Below are positions 26,792-32,000 of a DNA stretch of 32,000 bases, in pieces (within the stretch, counting starts at the first letter, position 1; each line of letters opens with the position of its first letter). The notes beneath the pieces were generated by a model. It was given only the letters and a program-made list of their open reading frames with translations, made no database searches and had not been told where the DNA came from. The translations under genes were made by a program, and so were the position numbers. Origin of the DNA: Geobacter sulfurreducens PCA (GTDB lineage: Bacteria; Desulfobacterota; Desulfuromonadia; Geobacterales; Geobacteraceae); contig NC_002939.5 of NCBI RefSeq assembly GCF_000007985.2, positions 2,580,001 to 2,612,000 of the forward strand, read 5' to 3'.

Positions 26792-26826
26792 ACTGAGAGG
26801 GGTACTTCCATGGTCTGCCTCCGGTC

Positions 26827-27438
26827 TCACCACCCCTTGGCCCGCCGGATGAACTCCCGCACCCTGGCTGCGTCCTTCCGGCCGGGCGCGCTTTCCACGC
26901 CGCCCGAGACGTCCACGGCATAGGGCTTCACCGTTTCCACCGCTTCCCGCACGTTGTCGGGGGTGAGTCCCCCGGCGAGGATGAGCGGGCCGAACGCCTT
27001 TGCCGCAGCTGCGATGTCCCAGTTGAAGGTAAGGCCGGTGCCGCCGTAGGCCTTGGGGGAGTAGGCGTCCAGCAGGTGGGCCGCCACGCGGTAGTGCCGG
27101 ATCGGGTCGAGGCTGCTGATGTCCTTCACCCTGAAGGCCTTGATCACCCGGCGCTCCACGGCGTCGCAGAACTCGGGCGGCTCGTCGCCGTGGAGCTGGA
27201 CCAGATCGAGGCGGCAGCGGGTGGCCGTGTCGTTGACGAATGCCGGGGGACGGTTCACGAAAAGCCCCACGGTCTGGATAAACGGCGGGAGCCCGGCGAT
27301 GATGCCGGCGGCCTGTTCGGGCGTCACGTGGCGGGGCGATTCGTCGTGAAAGACGAAGCCGAGGGCGTCGGCCCCGGCCTCCACCGCCACGAGGGCATCC
27401 TCAAGGGATGTTATGCCGCAGATCTTGACGCGGACCAT
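26827..27438 (-). CDS. trpF: Phosphoribosylanthranilate isomerase
   Basis: MVRVKICGITSLEDALVAVEAGADALGFVF, VQLHGDE and the C-terminal AGGL..NV and VDVSSGVE-like (VDVSGGVESAPGRKD) motifs are typical of TrpF. The start lies 4 nt after the trpB2 stop. Confidence 0.9.
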   Translation of the reverse strand: MVRVKICGITSLEDALVAVEAGADALGFVFHDESPRHVTPEQAAGIIAGLPPFIQTVGLFVNRPPAFVNDTATRCRLDLVQLHGDEPPEFCDAVERRVIKAFRVKDISSLDPIRHYRVAAHLLDAYSPKAYGGTGLTFNWDIAAAAKAFGPLILAGGLTPDNVREAVETVKPYAVDVSGGVESAPGRKDAARVREFIRRAKGW

Positions 27439-27442
27439 CCGT

Positions 27443-28798
27443 TCACAGTTCCACCTTGGGCAGTTTGGCCAGGGACTCCCGGATCATCTCCTCGGGGTAT
27501 TCGACGTCTTCCAGGCCGCCGGAGAGGTAGGCGTCGTAGGCCACCATGTCCAGCTGGCCGTGGCCCGAGAGGCAGAAGAGAATGGTCTTTTCCTTCCCCT
27601 CCTCCTTGGCGATGACTGCTTCGTCAATGGCGGCCCGCACCGCGTGGGACGATTCGGGGGCCGGCACGATCCCCTCGTGCCGGGCAAAGAGGTGGGCTGC
27701 CTCGAAACAGGCGGTCTGGCGGTACGACTTGGCCTCGATGAGGCCGGCATGGTGGAGTTGCGACACCAGGGGCGACTCGCCGTGGTAGCGCAGCCCGCCG
27801 GCGTGGATACCGGGCGGCATGAAGTCGTGCCCCAGGGTGTACATCATGGCGATGGGGGCCATCTTGGCGGTGTCGCCGTAGTCGAAGGCGTAGATCCCCT
27901 TGGTCAGGGTCGGGCACGAGGCGGGTTCCACGGCCAGACAGCGGACGTTCTTGCCGGCGGCCCGGTCGGCCAGGAACGGGAAGGCCGTGCCGGCGAAGTT
28001 GGAGCCGCCGCCGCAGCAGGCGATGACCACGTCGGGGTAGTCGCCGGCCAGGGCCAGCTGTTCCCTGGCCTCCTGGCCGATGATGGTCTGGTGGAGGCAG
28101 ACGTGGTTCAGAACGCTGCCCAGGGCATAGTTGGTGTCGGCGCGGGAGGCGGCATCCTCAACCGCCTCGGAGATGGCGATGCCGAGGCTGCCGTTGCTGT
28201 CCGGATCGTGGGCCAGGATGGAGCGCCCGGCGTTGGTGAACTCGGACGGCGACGGGATCACGTTGGCCCCCCAGAGCTGCATCATGCTTTTGCGGTACGG
28301 CTTCTGGGTGCACGACACCTTGACCATGTAGACCGTGCACTCCAGGCCGAACATGGAGCAGGCCAGGGCCAGGGAACTCCCCCACTGCCCGGCGCCGGTC
28401 TCGGTGGCCAGCCGCCGGATGCCCGCCTGCTTGTTGTAGTACGCCTGGGGGATGGCGGAGTTGGGCTTGTGTGAGCCGGCCGGGGACACCCCTTCGTATT
28501 TGTAGTAGATCTTCGCCGGGGTGCCGAGGGCCTGCTCCAGCCGGTGGGCACGGTAGAGGGGAGACGGCCGCCAGAGGCGGTAGATCTCCCGCACCTCTTC
28601 CGGGATCGGAATCCACCGTTCGCCCGAAATCTCCTGCTCGATGATGGCCATGGGGAAGATGGGGAGAAGGTCGTCGGGGGTCACCGGCTGAAGGGTGCGG
28701 GGGTTGATGACCGGCGCCAGGGGGCCGGGCATGTCGGGGATGATGTTGTACCAGTGGGTCGGGATGCGGCTTTCGTCCAGCACTATTTTAGTTTGCAT
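27443..28798 (-). CDS. trpB2: TrpB2-type (long, 451 aa) tryptophan synthase beta-like PLP enzyme
   Basis: [13 protein letters not shown]...[39 protein letters not shown]...[12 protein letters not shown]...[10 protein letters not shown]. The N-terminal extension and the SHKPN lysine motif distinguish TrpB2 from TrpB1. AGGAGA SD upstream of the ATG at 28796-28798. Confidence 0.9.
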   Translation of the reverse strand: MQTKIVLDESRIPTHWYNIIPDMPGPLAPVINPRTLQPVTPDDLLPIFPMAIIEQEISGERWIPIPEEVREIYRLWRPSPLYRAHRLEQALGTPAKIYYKYEGVSPAGSHKPNSAIPQAYYNKQAGIRRLATETGAGQWGSSLALACSMFGLECTVYMVKVSCTQKPYRKSMMQLWGANVIPSPSEFTNAGRSILAHDPDSNGSLGIAISEAVEDAASRADTNYALGSVLNHVCLHQTIIGQEAREQLALAGDYPDVVIACCGGGSNFAGTAFPFLADRAAGKNVRCLAVEPASCPTLTKGIYAFDYGDTAKMAPIAMMYTLGHDFMPPGIHAGGLRYHGESPLVSQLHHAGLIEAKSYRQTACFEAAHLFARHEGIVPAPESSHAVRAAIDEAVIAKEEGKEKTILFCLSGHGQLDMVAYDAYLSGGLEDVEYPEEMIRESLAKLPKVEL

Positions 28799-28845
28799 CG
28801 GATCTCCTTTGCGATGGCGTCTGTCTGATCGTGGGGGCCACTGAA

Positions 28846-29646
28846 CTATCCCAGCAACTCCCGCAGTTTTGCCCCGATATCCTCTTCCCGCATGAGGGAC
28901 TCGCCGATGAGGAAGCCGTGGGCGCCGGCAGCCTGGAGGCGGAGGATGTCGTCACGGGTATTGATGCCGCTCTCGGTCACCACGAACCGGTCGGCGGGGA
29001 TCATGGGGATGAGCCGCTCGGTGGTGCCCAGGTCGGTGACGAAGGTGCGGAGGTTGCGGTTGTTGATCCCGATCAGGGTGCAGCTCGACGCAAGGGCCGT
29101 CTCCAGCTCCTGCTCGTCGTGGACCTCCAGCAGCACGTCGAGGTACTGCTCCCGGGCAAACCCGGCCAGATCCTCGATCTGCGCCGGTTCCAGCATGGCC
29201 GCGATGAGGAGGATGGCGTCGGCCCCGGCGGCGCGAGCCTCGTAGACCTGATAGGGGTCGAAGAGGAAATCCTTGCGCAGCAGCGGCAGCCGCACCTGTT
29301 CCCGGATCAGGGCCAGGTAGCGGAGGTTGCCCAGGAAGAACTGCTCGTCGGTCAGGACAGAGAGGCAGGCGGCGCCGTTCTGCTCGTAGGTCTCGGCAAT
29401 CTCCAGGGGATCGAAATCGGGGCGGATGACCCCCTTGGAGGGGGACCCTTTCTTCACCTCGGCGATGACGGCGGTCCAGCCGGAGGCGTGGCAGTCCCGC
29501 AGGGCCCGCTCGAAGCCCCGGGGCTGGTCCTCCAGATCCGCGATGCGGGCCTTCACCTCGGCAAGGGGGGCAGCGGACCGGGCCGCAGCCACTTCGCCCC
29601 GCTTGTGCTCGACGATCTTCTTCAGGATATCGGGGGTATCGGTCAT
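28846..29646 (-). CDS. trpC: Indole-3-glycerol-phosphate synthase
   Basis: [65 protein letters not shown] and ESGI motifs. Confidence 0.93.
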   Translation of the reverse strand: MTDTPDILKKIVEHKRGEVAAARSAAPLAEVKARIADLEDQPRGFERALRDCHASGWTAVIAEVKKGSPSKGVIRPDFDPLEIAETYEQNGAACLSVLTDEQFFLGNLRYLALIREQVRLPLLRKDFLFDPYQVYEARAAGADAILLIAAMLEPAQIEDLAGFAREQYLDVLLEVHDEQELETALASSCTLIGINNRNLRTFVTDLGTTERLIPMIPADRFVVTESGINTRDDILRLQAAGAHGFLIGESLMREEDIGAKLRELLG

Positions 29647-29650
29647 GGGT

Positions 29651-30703
29651 TTACTCGTTGGTCAGGGTGATGAGTTCTTCCAGCTTTGCCAGGGCACGGC
29701 CCGAATCGATGGCCTCGGCGGCGATGCGAACCCCTTCAGCCGGGTCAACGGCCTTGCCGGCGGCCACCAGGCCGAAAGCGGCATTCAGGAGTACCACGTC
29801 GCGGCGCGGCCCGGTTGCCCCTTCAAGGATGCCGCGGACGATGCGGGCATTGCCGGCCGCGTCGCCACCGCGGAGCTCCCCGGCGGGGCAGGAGGCAAAC
29901 CCGAATTCTTCCGGCGTGATGGTCCGCACCGACACCCCGTCCCGGGTCACCTCGGCGATGCGGGTCTCGCGGGTGAGGGTGATCTCGTCCATGCCGTCCA
30001 TGCCGTGGACCACGAAGCCCCGGCGGCAGCCCAGCTTGTGGAGGACCCGGGCCAGGGGCTCCACCAGCTCCTCCCGGTAGACGCCCAGCACCTGGCAGTC
30101 GGCGCCGGCGGGGTTGGTGAGGGGGCCGAGGATATTGAAGATGGTCCGGATGCCGATCTCCTTGCGGGGGCCGATGGCGTGCTTCATGGCGCCGTGCAGG
30201 GCCGGGGCGAAGAGGAAGCCGATGCCGATCTTCGCAATGGCCTGCTCCACGGTCTCCGGGGTCACGTCCAGGTTGACGCCCAGGGATTCCAGCACGTCGG
30301 CGCTGCCGCAGGCCGACGACACGGCCCGGTTGCCGTGTTTGGCCACCTTGACCCCGCAGGACGCCACCACGAAGGAGACGGTGGTGGAGATGTTGAAGGT
30401 GTTGGTGCCGTCCCCGCCGGTGCCCACCACGTCCAGGATCGTTTCCTGGTCGATGTTGATGTCGTCCCGGTCGATATCGAGGACTCCCTTGCCGACCCGG
30501 ATGGGGGTTGCCCGGTCCCGCATCACCCGCGCCGCGCCGGTGATCTCCTCCACCGTCTCACCCTTCATCCGCAGGGCGGTGATAAAGGCCGCGATCTGGG
30601 CCGGGGTCGCCCCGCCGGACATGATCTGGTCCATCACCTCGATCATTTCCGCTTCCGTGAGGTCGATGCGCTCAACCACCTTGGCGATTGCTTTTTTGAT
30701 CAT
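29651..30703 (-). CDS. trpD: Anthranilate phosphoribosyltransferase
   Basis: [47 protein letters not shown] and LGPLTNPA motifs. The track start at 30712 is a GTG. I chose the ATG at 30701-30703 (MIKKAIAK); either is possible. Confidence 0.93.
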   Translation of the reverse strand: MIKKAIAKVVERIDLTEAEMIEVMDQIMSGGATPAQIAAFITALRMKGETVEEITGAARVMRDRATPIRVGKGVLDIDRDDINIDQETILDVVGTGGDGTNTFNISTTVSFVVASCGVKVAKHGNRAVSSACGSADVLESLGVNLDVTPETVEQAIAKIGIGFLFAPALHGAMKHAIGPRKEIGIRTIFNILGPLTNPAGADCQVLGVYREELVEPLARVLHKLGCRRGFVVHGMDGMDEITLTRETRIAEVTRDGVSVRTITPEEFGFASCPAGELRGGDAAGNARIVRGILEGATGPRRDVVLLNAAFGLVAAGKAVDPAEGVRIAAEAIDSGRALAKLEELITLTNE

Positions 30704-30715
30704 CAGGTTCACCTG

Positions 30716-30770
30716 TAGGGGCGATCCTTGTGATCGCCCTGTTTCCGGGCGAATACAAGATTCGCCCCTA
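30716..30770. repeat. Composite palindrome (twin mirror hairpins) filling the trpG-trpD intergenic spacer
   Basis: On the plus strand the element contains:
- hairpin 1, GGGCGATC-cttgt-GATCGCCC at 30719-30739
- hairpin 2, GGGCGAAT-acaag-ATTCGCCC at 30747-30767
The two loops are reverse complements of each other. The outer arms TAGGGGCGA / TCGCCCCTA are also complementary, so one long hairpin is an alternative fold. The trpG stop codon (TAG, 30768-30770) lies in the outer arm. Confidence 0.6.
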
Positions 30771-31340
30771 CGACCGTGTTATCTCCAGGAAATTACGCAG
30801 AAGATCCATCCCCCCCTCGGTGAGGATCGACTCGGGGTGGAACTGGACCCCCCAGACCGGCAGCTCCCGGTGGGCAAGCCCCATGATCTCCCCCTCCTCT
30901 ACCCAGGCGGTGATCTCCAGGCAGTCCGGAAGGCTGGCCCGCTCCACCACCAGGGAGTGGTAGCGGGTGGCGTTGAAGGGGTTGGGCAGCCCCCGGAACA
31001 GCCCCTGGCCGTTGTGATGGATGGGCGATGTCTTGCCGTGCATGAGGGTGGAGCTGCGGACCACCGTGCCGCCGAAGGCCGCGCCGATGGACTGGTGGCC
31101 AAGGCAGACGCCGAGGATTGGAATCTTCCCGGCAAAATGCCGGATGGCGGCCACGGAGATTCCCGCCTCCTCGGGCGAGCAGGGTCCGGGAGAGATGACC
31201 AGGCGCCGGGGCGCCAGGGCCTCGATCTCATCCAGGGTAATGCCGTCGTTGCGGAAGACCCGCACATCCTCGCCCAGCTCGCCGAAATACTGGACGATAT
31301 TGAAGGTGAAGGAATCATAATTGTCAATCATCAGGAGCAT
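30768..31340 (-). CDS. trpG: Anthranilate synthase component II (glutamine amidotransferase)
   Basis: [31 protein letters not shown] (catalytic Cys) and GVQFHPES motifs. The start lies 1 nt after the trpE stop. Confidence 0.93.
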   Translation of the reverse strand: MLLMIDNYDSFTFNIVQYFGELGEDVRVFRNDGITLDEIEALAPRRLVISPGPCSPEEAGISVAAIRHFAGKIPILGVCLGHQSIGAAFGGTVVRSSTLMHGKTSPIHHNGQGLFRGLPNPFNATRYHSLVVERASLPDCLEITAWVEEGEIMGLAHRELPVWGVQFHPESILTEGGMDLLRNFLEITRS

Positions 31341-31341
31341 G

Positions 31342-32000
31342 TCAGTCCAACCCCTTTTCCGCGGTCTCGATGGCCTTTACCACGGCCATGGCCTTGTTGA
31401 CCGTCTCCTGGTACTCGGAGGCCGGATCAGAGTCGGCCACGATGCCGGCCCCGGCCTGGAGGTGCACCACGCCGTCGCGGATGACGAGAGTGCGGATGGC
31501 GATGGCCAGGTCCATGGTGCCGGAGAAGGAGAAGTAGCCCACGGCGCCGCCGTAGACTTCCCGGCGCACCGGCTCCAGCTCGTCGATGATCTCCATGGCC
31601 CGCACCTTGGGGGCGCCGGAGAGGGTGCCGGCCGGGAAGGTGGCCCGCACCACGTCGAAGGCGTCCCTCCCCTCGGCCAGTTCGCCCTGGACGTTGGAAA
31701 CGATGTGCATCACGTGGGAGTAGCGCTCGATCACCATGAGCTCCGACACCTTCACGGTGCCGGTGCGGCAGACCCGCCCCAGGTCGTTGCGCCCCAGGTC
31801 CACGAGCATCACGTGCTCGGCCCGCTCCTTGGGGTCGGCCAGGAGTTCCTCCGCCAGTTGCTCGTCCTGTTCCGGCGTGGCGCCCCGGGGGCGGGTGCCG
31901 GCGATGGGGCGGAGCTCCACCCGGTTCCCCTCCCGACGCACCATGACTTCGGGAGAGGCGCCCACCACCAGGGTATCGTCCAGGCGGAGGAAAAACATGT
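31342..32000 (-). CDS. trpE: Anthranilate synthase component I, C-terminal ~218 codons only (the 5' end lies beyond the window)
   Basis: Chorismate-binding domain motifs are present: [70 protein letters not shown]. The ORF is open to the window edge. Confidence 0.9.
   Translation of the reverse strand, partial: MFFLRLDDTLVVGASPEVMVRREGNRVELRPIAGTRPRGATPEQDEQLAEELLADPKERAEHVMLVDLGRNDLGRVCRTGTVKVSELMVIERYSHVMHIVSNVQGELAEGRDAFDVVRATFPAGTLSGAPKVRAMEIIDELEPVRREVYGGAVGYFSFSGTMDLAIAIRTLVIRDGVVHLQAGAGIVADSDPASEYQETVNKAMAVVKAIETAEKGLD

Noticed and set aside
24499-26826. Possible att sites or terminal repeats bounding the low-GC insert. Candidates were GATTGGCCGTAATTTGATGC near 24622 versus GATTGGCTGCCGATTTATGCC near 26401, TCAAACGGCTAACGG versus TCAAAGTAACCGG, and an inverted 8-mer TCAGATTT at 24593 / AAATCTGA at 26644.
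   Set aside because: The matches are short and gapped. An 8-mer match is expected by chance given the number of comparisons between two ~300-400 nt regions. No integrase or tRNA target supports an att interpretation.
27413-31400. Plus-strand ORFs 27413-28474, 28831-29670, 29426-30718 and 30114-31400 (279-430 aa)
   Set aside because: All are antisense to the trpB2, trpC, trpD and trpG genes. Their composition is typical of GC-rich shadow frames.
1-32000. Scan for CRISPR arrays, tRNA/rRNA genes, IS elements, integrases and toxin-antitoxin pairs
   Set aside because: I noticed no regularly spaced direct repeats, no cloverleaf-like or rRNA-like conserved segments, and no transposase or recombinase motifs in any ORF. 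This was an eye scan only, so short or degenerate elements could have been missed.

Overview
This is a high-GC bacterial chromosomal segment. Sampled 60-nt lines in core genes count 42-45 G+C out of 60. Gene content and order look Geobacter-like (Desulfuromonadales), but that is an inference I cannot confirm without a database search.

Plus strand, 1-8.5 kb: a trehalose/alpha-glucan cluster made of a 5'-truncated GH57 enzyme, treY, and a treS-maltokinase fusion. It is followed by a divergent marR / CBS-domain ClC channel pair.

The rest of the window is one long minus-strand array. In transcription order it runs:
- trpE (partial)-trpG-trpD-trpC-trpB2-trpF
- a terminator and a roughly 2.2 kb low-GC insert carrying a single orphan ORC/Cdc6-like AAA+ ATPase
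- a macro-domain gene, then trpB
- an SLT lipoprotein, a LEA14/WHy lipoprotein and a very long MCP
- trpA-accD
- folC-lptD-rfbB-rfbD and a cupin phosphomannose isomerase

I recognised no rRNA, tRNA, CRISPR array, transposase or integrase.

The best candidate for something undescribed is the compositionally foreign, partner-less ORC/Cdc6-type ATPase at 24754-26328. It has a structured 490-bp upstream region, is wedged inside the tryptophan operon, and sits next to a macro-domain gene.

Secondary observations:
- a split trp operon with two TrpB paralogues
- twin mirror hairpins filling the trpG-trpD spacer
- a promoter-plus-terminator mini-unit downstream of trpB (candidate sRNA or attenuator)
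- a near-leaderless folC promoter
- an MCP with 4+4 tandem 28-residue repeats

All functional calls come from reading the supplied translations for motifs. No searches were run.
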